From: a virus
Taxonomy: Duplodnaviria > Caudoviricetes
Length of the DNA stretch: 64,000 nt
IMG/VR virus record: IMGVR_UViG_3300014204_000111
Coordinates: 1-64,000 of that record
Strand: one strand, 5' to 3'
In this document: positions 49,482 to 58,249 of the stretch, piece after piece
Position numbering within the stretch: position 1 is the first letter of the stretch
How the letters are laid out: each line of letters starts with the position of its first letter
Translations under genes and position numbers: made by a program
The notes under the pieces: generated by a model
Database searches by the model: none
Seen by the model: the letters and a program-made list of their open reading frames with translations, nothing else
Told to the model about the DNA's origin: nothing

Positions 49482-50345
49482 AGACATTTTTTCTAGACCT
49501 TTATTTGTTAATTGACGGCGAGCTTTGATTGTTAACATACCCTGAGTAATTAAAAATGCTTCGTGATTACGAATTGTTTCTGGGCTTTCTCCTGTAGCTC
49601 CACAAAGAGCAGAAAGAGAAAGCTCATTTGTTTGATGTAGTAAGGACATAATTTTTAAATCTAACCTATCAAAACCACCTTCATAAATACCTAATTCTTC
49701 CATAATACTAATTGCCTTTTCTTTAGATACATAATTTGAAATAGTATATTCATCCAGAAGAGACTTCAATATTTGAACAATGTTTCGAGGTACTCCTCTA
49801 GACCTATTTGCTACTTCATGGATGATTTCAGAATGTAACTGTAATTTAAGAATCTCAGAATGCATTTGTGTGATTAGAATCAGTTCATCTTGGGTATAAT
49901 CTTCCATCTGGAAAGCTCTTAATCTTGATTTCAGAGGCTGAGACAGACAAGAGATATTATTAGTAGCAATGGCAATAGTGTAGTCATAAGAGCTAGGATA
50001 AGTTACACCATTTACACAAACAAGTCTATTTTCAAGGAATGGACGCAGAAAAAAGTCTAATTTAGAATTAGTAGCGTTCCATTCTTCAAGAAATATAATA
50101 GAATTATTTGGTAGCATGCCCATTGCATTAGCAACATCGACAGGAGTAGTGTCTACTGCACCTAATGTCTGTATATTTACAGAAAGAGTTTTAGCGATTT
50201 CGTTAATAAACATAGTTTTCCCTGTTCCACCTGTTCCAGAGGATAGGCAGAAATGAGGAAAATATGTTTTTCTTATCTTTGCTGCATTTGCAGCTCTTTC
50301 TAATTGTTGTTTAAGTGACTGTTGACCAATTATTGAAGTGAACAA
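49455..50345 (-). CDS. ruvB: RuvB-like Holliday junction branch-migration ATPase
   Basis: IIGQQ..LE, GTGKT, IAIAT, LSQPLKSR, IHEVANRSRGVPR, GFDRLD, EAFLITQG; GGAGGT RBS before TTG at 50345. Confidence 0.85.
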   Translation of the reverse strand: MFTSIIGQQSLKQQLERAANAAKIRKTYFPHFCLSSGTGGTGKTMFINEIAKTLSVNIQTLGAVDTTPVDVANAMGMLPNNSIIFLEEWNATNSKLDFFLRPFLENRLVCVNGVTYPSSYDYTIAIATNNISCLSQPLKSRLRAFQMEDYTQDELILITQMHSEILKLQLHSEIIHEVANRSRGVPRNIVQILKSLLDEYTISNYVSKEKAISIMEELGIYEGGFDRLDLKIMSLLHQTNELSLSALCGATGESPETIRNHEAFLITQGMLTIKARRQLTNKGLEKMSLIDRNSSL

Positions 50346-50366
50346 AACTAGCACCTCCAGTCGCTT

Positions 50367-50415
50367 ATTATACCCACCGCCTCCTGTTTGCAAACGTCTC
50401 GAATTGGGTAAAATA
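50367..50415. promoter_or_regulatory. Bidirectional SigB/SigF-type promoter sharing a palindromic -35
   Basis: GTTTGCAAAC palindrome (50386-50395) gives GTTT-N16-GGGTAA on plus and GTTT-N16-GGGTAT on minus. Confidence 0.7.
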
Positions 50416-50443
50416 GAGCACAGACCAAAATTAGGAGAAAAAT

Positions 50444-50776
50444 TTGATTCCCAATTTAGATTCATTAAGTAATATAAGAAAGAAGAGATTAAATATAGCA
50501 GAAGACTATCTTATTATGGTAGCTCCAGTACAATATGATTTTGATACTCCAATGACGCATGAAGTTTATATCAATAAGAGACAAGATGTACTATATTCTG
50601 TTTATTCATTGAAAGAAACAAGTGAAATCTTGTTTATTTTAAAAGCAGAAACTGATTTAGGTAGTATTAATGATGTATCAGTTATGACAGGGCCGAGTAG
50701 TGGTTTTAAATCTATGATTAAAGAACTTAAATTAAAATTAGTTAAAAAAGATTTTGGAAAAGAAGAGAATGTCTAA
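50444..50776 (+). CDS. Hypothetical protein
   Basis: AGGAG RBS, TTG start. Confidence 0.65.
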   Translation: MIPNLDSLSNIRKKRLNIAEDYLIMVAPVQYDFDTPMTHEVYINKRQDVLYSVYSLKETSEILFILKAETDLGSINDVSVMTGPSSGFKSMIKELKLKLVKKDFGKEENV

Positions 50777-51605
50777 GTTAAATGATATATTGGATGTTTT
50801 GGGTAAGGTTGACTTATTAAAGGCAGGAATATATCCTTCTATAAAAGTATCTCGACCATATTCTCTTCCAATAGAACAATTAATTCAGACCATTCTTTCA
50901 CATCACTCAGAAAAATTAGGTTCTACGCCATTAGGGAAGGTAATTTCTAACATATCTAGCATTAGAGACCCTCGTACTCAAACCCCTTTATATGGTCATG
51001 GGTTTTTAAAAAATTCTCTTTCTCTTTTACCAAGAGATGAGAAAGGATTTAAATCTTTAATGCAAGTTATTTCTACTTCAGCGCCCAAAATTAACCCTGG
51101 ATATGAAGGATTTGCAAGTGGGGCAATGAATATTAATATAGATGCTCATAGAGGAAACTTAAAACAAGAAGCAAGAAAAGAATCTGGGGCAAGTCCTTTG
51201 ACTGGATATCAATTAACTCCAGATGGTAGTGGATATGTCCCTAGTAACTCTACTTTTAAAAATGGTAATTGGGAAACAAGAAGTAGATTAGGTGTAAATA
51301 ATACAGGACAAATCATTCCGAGGTCTGTTATTCCTAGACAATTATTTGAAAATTTTGCTTCTTTAATGGATGGAGTACAAATTGACCCTGGAAGTTTTGT
51401 TCGTAAAGGAAATACTTTAGAGGCAAAGATTCACGGTGGCTCTTTATCTAAAGGTATAGATGTTGTTGCAGATGAAAGTGGTGTTAGATATAAATTAGGT
51501 ATGGGTAATAAAAATATTATCGTGCCAGGAGTTAATATAGAGAAGGGTTCAGTTAGCCCAAAGACTATTCCGTGGCATCATATTACTCAAATTCTCAATT
51601 CTTAA
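50769..51605 (+). CDS. Hypothetical protein
   Basis: Long ORF, start MSKLND overlapping upstream stop. Confidence 0.7.
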   Translation: MSKLNDILDVLGKVDLLKAGIYPSIKVSRPYSLPIEQLIQTILSHHSEKLGSTPLGKVISNISSIRDPRTQTPLYGHGFLKNSLSLLPRDEKGFKSLMQVISTSAPKINPGYEGFASGAMNINIDAHRGNLKQEARKESGASPLTGYQLTPDGSGYVPSNSTFKNGNWETRSRLGVNNTGQIIPRSVIPRQLFENFASLMDGVQIDPGSFVRKGNTLEAKIHGGSLSKGIDVVADESGVRYKLGMGNKNIIVPGVNIEKGSVSPKTIPWHHITQILNS

Positions 51606-51886
51606 AAAACACTTACTTAGTCTGCGACGAAGGTATAACATATGGGTTTCAAAATATTACTTTATTATCGAGAGGTAAGATGAAGAGAGAAGAAGAAGTT
51701 GTGGTTCAGTCTCCAGTAAAAAGACAGGACTTATTTGAAATGAAAGATTTCAAAGAATTAAAATTTATGGGTTATTACCCTTGTTTTTTAGAGTCTATCT
51801 CTGCTGATAAGACAAGAGTTATTATTAGGTATGGAAAATGGATGTGGGAAGCTCCTGCAACATGTATTAATATTGGATTAAATTAA
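51572..51886 (+). CDS. Hypothetical protein (true start probably internal MKREEE)
   Basis: GAGGT RBS before internal ATG. Confidence 0.55.
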   Translation: MASYYSNSQFLKNTYLVCDEGITYGFQNITLLSRGKMKREEEVVVQSPVKRQDLFEMKDFKELKFMGYYPCFLESISADKTRVIIRYGKWMWEAPATCINIGLN

Positions 51887-51897
51887 GGAGATTAAAT

Positions 51898-52416
51898 ATG
51901 GATTATCAAAAGTTGATTGAAGAAATGAGAGAAAATCGTATTCCTAGCAAGGATATTATTATCGAAGCAGTACAAAATGCATCTAATACAATTATTTCTC
52001 GCATTGAAAAGGCGGATGTAATTAATTCTGATATGATTGATGTAATTAAGACAGTTTGTTGTTTATCAGATGTTAATTGTCATGATATCGCCATTTATGA
52101 TGCTCGTTTTTGTCAATTTGCTTGGAATGCTTTTTGTAGTAATGAATTCTATAAGACTATTGAAGATTTGAATGTTCCAATCAGTGATAAATTGATTGAA
52201 ACTGTTCTTGAATCTGTTTTGAAGTTTCCCGAATATGAGGGAGCTAATATTCATCGGGCTTACACCAAAATTTTTGAAGTAAGTCACTATTTGATTCAAA
52301 ATGGCTATGTGACAGTTATCGATGAAGGAGAATATGAAGGAGAATTGTGCCTAACTTCTTTAGGGAAGAAGGTTAATTCTGATTCTGCAACTCCAGATTC
52401 AGATATTAATGTATAA
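51898..52416 (+). CDS. Hypothetical protein
   Basis: AAGGAG RBS. Confidence 0.7.
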   Translation: MDYQKLIEEMRENRIPSKDIIIEAVQNASNTIISRIEKADVINSDMIDVIKTVCCLSDVNCHDIAIYDARFCQFAWNAFCSNEFYKTIEDLNVPISDKLIETVLESVLKFPEYEGANIHRAYTKIFEVSHYLIQNGYVTVIDEGEYEGELCLTSLGKKVNSDSATPDSDINV

Positions 52417-52425
52417 GGAACAGAA

Positions 52426-53052
52426 TTGAAACATTGTTATGAAGATGAGGCTATACACGAGAGAAGAAGAGAGGATATCAATTCTTTTGATTGTGACAGA
52501 GGTATCATTAGATTATATGGTGATATAAGTCCCAAAACAGTAAAAGAGGTAAATGAATTTGCCTCTGATTTTAACACACATCCTTTGGGAGTCGGAGTTT
52601 TAAGTCCCGAAGGAATTATTAAAAAGAAAGCTATTTGGGTAGAAGTAATGTCTTCTGGAGGATGTGTTCAAAGTGCATTAGCAATTTATGATATTTTAAC
52701 TACGGCATTTCCATCTTTTGTAGATATTTATACTTCTGCTGTTGGATATATTTCTTCTTCAGCAAATTTGATTTATTGTGCTGGAACAAAACGCCTAGCG
52801 TTACCTAGTACACAGTTTCTTTTAGATAAACCTGTAGCTCTTATGATAGATGGAACAACAAATGACTTTGAGCTACAAGCCGATTATGTACAGAGAATTC
52901 AGTCTCATATGACTAGAGTTTATAGTACAGTTTTTAAAGGAGCAAAAGGTAAGAAAATTCTTACACAATTATCAAATGAAAATCAAGTTCTTTTATCGGT
53001 TGAAGAGGCTTTAGCAGTTGGTTTAGTTACAGATATAATGGGACTGGAGTAA
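52426..53052 (+). CDS. ClpP-fold protein with degenerate triad (ClpR-like)
   Basis: IRLYGDI, SSGG, ALAIYD, ISSSA, KRLALP, LLDKP in place of MxHQP, EEALAVGLVTDI. Confidence 0.8.
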   Translation: MKHCYEDEAIHERRREDINSFDCDRGIIRLYGDISPKTVKEVNEFASDFNTHPLGVGVLSPEGIIKKKAIWVEVMSSGGCVQSALAIYDILTTAFPSFVDIYTSAVGYISSSANLIYCAGTKRLALPSTQFLLDKPVALMIDGTTNDFELQADYVQRIQSHMTRVYSTVFKGAKGKKILTQLSNENQVLLSVEEALAVGLVTDIMGLE

Positions 53053-53056
53053 ATTA

Positions 53057-53617
53057 GTGAAAATTTATGTAACAAGATTTGGCTCTTTGATTACTAAAGA
53101 GTGGGGAGTTCCATCTCTAAGAGATATTTCTTATGGTCTTGCGAATATTATTCGTTATAATGGCTCTTCAAGAAAGTTAATTAGTGTAGCTGCTCACTCT
53201 ATTTTTGTTTATGAACTTGCAACTTATTTTAAAGAGCCTTTAAATATTAGATTACATTGTTTATTACATGATGCAGCAGAATGTGTTATTGGAGATATTC
53301 CGTCTGCATTTAAAGTGCCTGAAATTATTACTATTGAAAATCAGGTTCTTGATAGAATTCTTGTTTCTATGGGATTAACATCTCCTAATCAATCTGAAGC
53401 AATTGTAATCAAAAAGTATGATTATGAAGCTCTTTGTATTGAGATTCATCATTTAGATGGTGGAGGAGAGGGGAATAAAGATTTAGTACATCGTCCTATT
53501 TTAGAATATCCTTTTGATTTAATTAGTAAATTTAACGAGAGACTTCAGACTTTTACTAATTGGGATGAAGAGTACGAGGTTCTTGCTAGACAACTATTAA
53601 AAGAATTTCATGTTTAA
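53057..53617 (+). CDS. HD-domain hydrolase (YfdR-like 5'-deoxynucleotidase)
   Basis: DISYGLANIIRYNG, SVAAHS, LLHDAAECVIGDIP. Confidence 0.88.
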   Translation: MKIYVTRFGSLITKEWGVPSLRDISYGLANIIRYNGSSRKLISVAAHSIFVYELATYFKEPLNIRLHCLLHDAAECVIGDIPSAFKVPEIITIENQVLDRILVSMGLTSPNQSEAIVIKKYDYEALCIEIHHLDGGGEGNKDLVHRPILEYPFDLISKFNERLQTFTNWDEEYEVLARQLLKEFHV

Positions 53618-53640
53618 CGCTGTGGTTCTGAGGGTAAAAT
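53612..53640 (+). promoter_or_regulatory. SigB-type promoter GTTTAA-N14-GGGTAA
   Basis: Matches the Bacillus SigB consensus in sequence and spacing; upstream of a small ORF and the tRNA. Confidence 0.65.
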
Positions 53641-53645
53641 ATATT

Positions 53646-53795
53646 ATGACTAAGCTAGAACAAAAAATGTGGTATTTTCAGTGTTTGGGGTTTGACTTTC
53701 CCACTGCTTTATCTATGGCTAGTGCAGAATTGGAAAGTGAAAGGCAAATAGAGACAAATGATACCGCAAGTATTTTAGCTAATTTAATAATTTAA
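53646..53795 (+). CDS. Small hypothetical protein, probably leaderless
   Basis: ATG 5 nt after GGGTAAAAT, no SD. Confidence 0.5.
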   Translation: MTKLEQKMWYFQCLGFDFPTALSMASAELESERQIETNDTASILANLII

Positions 53796-53811
53796 GTTTG
53801 TATGTAGCTAC

Positions 53812-53908
53812 TAGAGGGATGGAACGCCCAGGTACACACAAGAACGGCTCTAGGCATAGTACCCGTTTTGAATGGTGAGAAAGTTCTGGTAAGTCGTGAG
53901 TCCCTTTA
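53812..53908 (+). ncRNA. Candidate structured RNA upstream of tRNA
   Basis: GC-enriched intergenic segment; TAGAGGGA/TCCCTTTA closing stem with inner CCAGG/TCTGG and AGAACGG/CCGTTTT stems. Confidence 0.35.
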
Positions 53909-53912
53909 TTTT

Positions 53913-54001
53913 GGAGAATTGGTAGAGCCAGGTTTATTACGACATCCTGCTAAGATGTTGAACCCTAAAAGGTTCCGAAAGTTCGAATCTTTCATTCTCC
54001 G
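53913..54001 (+). tRNA. tRNA-Ser(GCT), CCA not encoded
   Basis: Acceptor GGAGAAT/ATTCTCC plus G discriminator, anticodon arm ACATC-CTGCTAA-GATGT, long variable arm GAACC/GGTTC, T arm GAAAG-TTCGAAT-CTTTC. Confidence 0.95.
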
Positions 54002-54027
54002 TATTTTAATATATTATAGGAGAAATA

Positions 54028-54648
54028 ATGTTCGATTTATCAAAGTTTCAAGATATTATGTCTGCTGCTAAAAAGGATGGAGAAAAAATAACAACACCTT
54101 TAAAACATAAAACACCTCCTCCAATTAAACAAGAAAAATTAGCAGTAAATAAGAGTGAAAGTAATACTCCAACAAAACCTATTTCACCTGTAATATCTGA
54201 TACATCTGTTTTTATTTCGAAAATTTATGCGACTGCTAAAGAAACTGGAGATAAGAAATATTCTCGTAAAATAGAGATTCTTTTAAGTAATGATAATATC
54301 TTGTCTCTTTATTGGGACAAATATGGGAAGCTTTACTACACTATGCATCCAATTGGTGTTAGTGAAGGTATGACAGGTCAATATATTAGAGACCATGAAG
54401 CTTATGAGTTGATTATTAAAGATGGTAAGGTCATAGAAATAAAAGTACCTGAAACAATCAAAGAAAATCCAGAAGAATTTGCTGGTAATAGAGTTGCTCC
54501 AAGAGAGTTAAATGCAAAAGAGACTAAAGAGCCTATGAGATTTGTCCCTTGTACAATTCATAAGACTTATACAGCAAAGAGACAACCAAGAACAGATTGT
54601 CCGCAATGTAGGAAGTTATATAAACAAATGCATCCAGAAACTCAATAA
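54028..54648 (+). CDS. Hypothetical protein with C-terminal C-H-C-C Zn motif
   Basis: AGGAG RBS; CTIH..CPQC. Confidence 0.7.
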   Translation: MFDLSKFQDIMSAAKKDGEKITTPLKHKTPPPIKQEKLAVNKSESNTPTKPISPVISDTSVFISKIYATAKETGDKKYSRKIEILLSNDNILSLYWDKYGKLYYTMHPIGVSEGMTGQYIRDHEAYELIIKDGKVIEIKVPETIKENPEEFAGNRVAPRELNAKETKEPMRFVPCTIHKTYTAKRQPRTDCPQCRKLYKQMHPETQ

Positions 54649-54680
54649 ATGGCATTCTATATCCTATATAGGAGATTATT

Positions 54681-54923
54681 ATGTTAATTAATATAGTATT
54701 ATGTTTTATTATAACAATGATAATATTATTGTTATCTTGTAACAAATATGTACGATGGAATAGAAAAAGAATAGCAGAATGGATAAGGTCTGAACATGAT
54801 ATCAATCCATATTTGATTCCTTTGTTCTTTTGCTCTTCAGATGATTTGATAACCTTCTCCCTTATCGAAGGAATTTATGATAAGGATATACAATCTATAG
54901 TGTGTTATTTAAGAGGAGAATAA
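54681..54923 (+). CDS. Small membrane-anchored protein
   Basis: AGGAG RBS, N-terminal hydrophobic helix. Confidence 0.65.
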   Translation: MLINIVLCFIITMIILLLSCNKYVRWNRKRIAEWIRSEHDINPYLIPLFFCSSDDLITFSLIEGIYDKDIQSIVCYLRGE

Positions 54924-54925
54924 AT

Positions 54926-55675
54926 ATGAAGTTTTTTATTAGTTTTATTATTGCAATGGTGCTTTTCACTTTGCCTTGCTGGGCGCTGGATTCAGAATTG
55001 AAGGATACAGCTTTTCGTTATACGTCAGAAGTTGTAACATATGATGGTTGCTCAGAGTGTTTTTATCCCGATAGGGATTCTTGCCTTGCTCTTTATGAGA
55101 GAGATGGAGTTGGTTATTGGCTTACCTCAGATGTACCCGAAGTAGGGCTTATTAGTGTCGATGGACATGAAGCTCAAATTTATAAGCGTGGAGTAGGTTG
55201 GGTGGTTCTTGTAACGGAGACATATGCCCCTTTTCTTGGTATGACACCTCATACATTTTATGTAAACGACGGAGAAGAGTTTTATTACAGCGATATCAAT
55301 CAATATCAAACTGTAACCAAGGGTCACGAAGTACATATGGATGCATTCTTTGTAGAAATGAATACCACACCTTTGCCGGAGAACGAGGGCGCTCCAGTCT
55401 TCAACCACATGGGGGAAGTAGTTGGTATTGTGGTAGGAAAGGCAGAACCATGCAAGAAATGCCCAAGTTATAAGCCTTGTGGTGGCACTAGATTTATTAG
55501 ATTAACATTGGATATGTTTGAACCTGTGTTAGAAATGGGAGAAGTACCAAAGATTGACCCTGTTTTTATCGAAGAAATTTATCCAGAAGTAATTCCTGAA
55601 GTAGTACCTCAACCTGATTTTAGTTATCAACCTGATGAAGAACCTGAAGTTATTGTTGTTGAAGGAAGGGGTTAA
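54926..55675 (+). CDS. Secreted trypsin-like pseudoprotease
   Basis: Signal peptide; PENEGAPVFNHMGEVVGIV aligns with PGNSGGPxxNxxGEVVGI but lacks the Ser. Confidence 0.65.
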   Translation: MKFFISFIIAMVLFTLPCWALDSELKDTAFRYTSEVVTYDGCSECFYPDRDSCLALYERDGVGYWLTSDVPEVGLISVDGHEAQIYKRGVGWVVLVTETYAPFLGMTPHTFYVNDGEEFYYSDINQYQTVTKGHEVHMDAFFVEMNTTPLPENEGAPVFNHMGEVVGIVVGKAEPCKKCPSYKPCGGTRFIRLTLDMFEPVLEMGEVPKIDPVFIEEIYPEVIPEVVPQPDFSYQPDEEPEVIVVEGRG

Positions 55676-55862
55676 AATGTTATTTGGTATTTATGAGATT
55701 GAGTATCCTGATGAGGGTCATATAATCATAGAGGCTGAATCAGAGGATGAAGCCAAACAAAAATATAACGAACATACTGGTACGCCAATGGAATTTGATA
55801 TGTTAGGTATTTTTGATGTTTGTCAAAGTTGCGGACAAGCAATATTACCCGACGAAGATTAA
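55635..55862 (+). CDS. Hypothetical protein (true start probably internal MLFG)
   Basis: Purine-rich RBS before internal ATG. Confidence 0.55.
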   Translation: MKNLKLLLLKEGVKMLFGIYEIEYPDEGHIIIEAESEDEAKQKYNEHTGTPMEFDMLGIFDVCQSCGQAILPDED

Positions 55863-55886
55863 TGTATTCTAAGACGGAGATAAGTA

Positions 55887-56087
55887 ATGGAACATTTGGA
55901 ATATAATGTATTTTATTCAGGGACAAATCTTTTAACCGCACTTGATTATCTTAATAATATTGCGACTAAAGAGGGTTGGGAATTGGTTAGTGTTGCTGGT
56001 GATTATAGTAATGGGTATGTATTATTTTTAAAGAGGGTCATTAAAAATGAATCTATAGCAAAACCCACGGAGGTTGAATCGTGCTAA
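55887..56087 (+). CDS. DUF4177-like small protein
   Basis: LNNIATKEGWELVSV..LFLKR. Confidence 0.65.
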   Translation: MEHLEYNVFYSGTNLLTALDYLNNIATKEGWELVSVAGDYSNGYVLFLKRVIKNESIAKPTEVESC

Positions 56088-56416
56088 TTAATACAATTAA
56101 GACACTTTTTATTGTGTTGATATTATTTTTATCAGTATCTTGCGTTCCTGACACAGAATATAAACCAAATCCTACTGAAACAGTCTTGGTGTTGTCCAAA
56201 ACTATTGCAGGAGATAGTTTTAGCGGGCATATGTACATAGTGGAAACAGATAAAGGAACATGTTTAGCTGGTGATGGAGGATGGGCATATCCTAAGATGA
56301 CAATAGGAAATAGTTACAATATCAGATATACAATGTATAACGGATATAAGTATGTCCTTAGCATAGATGAAACATTAGTAAATGAAACAAGTCAACGAGG
56401 TGCAAAATGCAAGTAA
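56081..56416 (+). CDS. Putative lipoprotein
   Basis: GGAGGT RBS; hydrophobic leader ending LSVSC. Confidence 0.6.
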   Translation: MLINTIKTLFIVLILFLSVSCVPDTEYKPNPTETVLVLSKTIAGDSFSGHMYIVETDKGTCLAGDGGWAYPKMTIGNSYNIRYTMYNGYKYVLSIDETLVNETSQRGAKCK

Positions 56417-56649
56417 TTTGTAAGGTATGTCATGGCAGAGGTCGTGTGGGTGGGACGGGAAATCCTATTGAAACAGCATTCCTAAGAGGTATGACAGAAT
56501 TACTTACAGGGGGAATGAGTAAAATTCCAGCAGATATTGATGGTAGTATCGAGTGTGATGCGTGTCACGGTACTGGTACAATTGAATCTTTTAAGCGTAG
56601 TTTAGTTCAAAAACTAAAAGATGCTTGGTATCAACTTATTAATCCATAA
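56407..56649 (+). CDS. DnaJ-type zinc-finger protein
   Basis: CKVCHGRG and CDACHGTG. Confidence 0.7.
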   Translation: MQVICKVCHGRGRVGGTGNPIETAFLRGMTELLTGGMSKIPADIDGSIECDACHGTGTIESFKRSLVQKLKDAWYQLINP

Positions 56650-56661
56650 AGAGGTAATATA

Positions 56662-56907
56662 ATGAATGTTATAATTTATTCGTATACAGATGATGATTGG
56701 GAAGAGCGCCAACAAATGCATATTGATGGCAAATTCGTAATGAGTGTTGGCGGTGGAGAACCTGAAGATATGAGAATTGGCAGGGATTTAGTTCCTTGTC
56801 AAGAAATTGCTTCGTTTATGAAGAAGGCTTTTGATGCAGCTAAGAATGGAGAAGAATTTACTCTTGAAGTTAAAGAGTGTACTGAGGATGAGTGGGATGA
56901 GTTGTAA
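56662..56907 (+). CDS. Hypothetical acidic protein
   Basis: GAGGT RBS. Confidence 0.7.
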   Translation: MNVIIYSYTDDDWEERQQMHIDGKFVMSVGGGEPEDMRIGRDLVPCQEIASFMKKAFDAAKNGEEFTLEVKECTEDEWDEL

Positions 56908-57178
56908 AAAGAATAGTAAAGAAAAGAATAGTAAAGTAAAGAAGTGGAGAAGTTATTCTTATCAATTATTATTTTGGTATCCTACATGTTATCAGTTAAA
57001 ACTTTACATAAATGAAGAATTAGCTATTCCGGTAGGATTTGTCCAGAGAAGTAGAACAAAATGGTTTGGTGCAGAAGATGGTCATCAAATTGACAACCTT
57101 ATATATGGCAAAACAAAACATGAAGTAGCTAAACAAATCTTAGAAAGATATTATTTTGAACCTGATAAATGGAAGTAG
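56831..57178 (+). CDS. Hypothetical protein (start uncertain)
   Basis: Fills gap; likely internal start. Confidence 0.5.
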   Translation: MMQLRMEKNLLLKLKSVLRMSGMSCKKNSKEKNSKVKKWRSYSYQLLFWYPTCYQLKLYINEELAIPVGFVQRSRTKWFGAEDGHQIDNLIYGKTKHEVAKQILERYYFEPDKWK

Positions 57179-57182
57179 ATAA

Positions 57183-57569
57183 ATGTCACCAATTTTAATT
57201 ATAGGTTTTTCTATTGCATCTTATTTTTTCTTAAAGGCTCTTTATTCTTATATTAGATATAAGCGAGGAGAAAAAGAATATCAGAAATTAATAGACAAGA
57301 ATCATTATGAGAATACTAAAGCAGCACTAGGTGAATATGGAGTTGATTATACTCCAGAACAAGCAAAAGAGACAATGGATATAATAAGGTCTGTTGTAAA
57401 TAAAAATTACAACAGAAAACTACAAGGCAAAAAGCCACAAGTTGCTTATTCTCAGAGAGTGGTTGAGAATCCAGATGGAACCAAGAGATATCAAATTTTG
57501 GCAAATGGAGAAGTTCACGGAGAAGTTTTCGGTGTTACTTTTAAAGATACTCAGTTAATTAAAGATTAG
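57183..57569 (+). CDS. Membrane-anchored hypothetical protein
   Basis: N-terminal hydrophobic helix. Confidence 0.65.
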   Translation: MSPILIIGFSIASYFFLKALYSYIRYKRGEKEYQKLIDKNHYENTKAALGEYGVDYTPEQAKETMDIIRSVVNKNYNRKLQGKKPQVAYSQRVVENPDGTKRYQILANGEVHGEVFGVTFKDTQLIKD

Positions 57570-57578
57570 GAGAAAGTT

Positions 57579-57785
57579 ATGTATAAACAAAAAACTGTAA
57601 CAATTACTTGTCCAAATTGCGGTCAAACCAGAACAGTACCAGAATCAGATATGAGAGTTCATGCAGATTGGGAAGATGGTGGTTATTGTAGCGAAGAATG
57701 TTCTAAGGCATCACGAGGAGATTACCATCGAATATTATGGAATGTTGGTAAATGGGTAGAGAATTTATGGAAATGGAGAGGATAA
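57579..57785 (+). CDS. Small Zn-finger protein
   Basis: AGGAG RBS; CPNCG..YCSEEC. Confidence 0.7.
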   Translation: MYKQKTVTITCPNCGQTRTVPESDMRVHADWEDGGYCSEECSKASRGDYHRILWNVGKWVENLWKWRG

Positions 57786-57848
57786 GACAAAGACTCTTTA
57801 TCTTAGGAGAAAAATGAAATATTTAATTAGTTTAATTGTTGTGTTGTT

Positions 57849-58142
57849 GTGAGGGAGATAAAGAGAGAAGATGGAGATATGAAAACAATTAATTTAGATG
57901 ATTATAAAGATTTTGATATTTTAAGTTCGTGGTATGAATTAACCAAACAATTTGAAATGTTAGAAGGGCGTTTGAGGTTAGAAGGTTTTTCAGAGGATGA
58001 TTATTTGGATTTGACCACTCACGAAATGGTGGATTTATTATACAATCATCTAAAGGAACAACATCGTAAGACTCCAGAAGGAAGAGAAACACTTCGACAA
58101 CACGAAGAATATATGAAAGTTCATTATCCAGAAGACTCTTAA
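57849..58142 (+). CDS. Hypothetical protein
   Basis: GGAG RBS before internal MKTIN. Confidence 0.6.
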   Translation: MREIKREDGDMKTINLDDYKDFDILSSWYELTKQFEMLEGRLRLEGFSEDDYLDLTTHEMVDLLYNHLKEQHRKTPEGRETLRQHEEYMKVHYPEDS

Positions 58143-58146
58143 TTAT

Positions 58147-58155
58147 GGGTAAAAT
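58147..58155 (+). promoter_or_regulatory. GGGTAAAAT candidate -10 box
   Basis: Intergenic copy of the recurring motif. Confidence 0.5.
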
Positions 58156-58195
58156 AACTATGGAAATGTGATGAAACAAAACTTGCTATCTCGAC

Positions 58196-58240
58196 GGCTC
58201 CAGCGCCCTTCATCAGGCTTCCACTGGAGCTTATTTTTTT
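58196..58240 (+). terminator. Hairpin plus T-tract immediately upstream of HNH gene
   Basis: GGCTCCAG..CTGGAGCT stem followed by TATTTTTTT. Confidence 0.7.
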
Positions 58241-58249
58241 ATTGGAGAA

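Noticed and set aside
53868-54071. 67-aa ORF in the track
   Set aside because: Overlaps the complete tRNA-Ser cloverleaf and the next gene; spurious.
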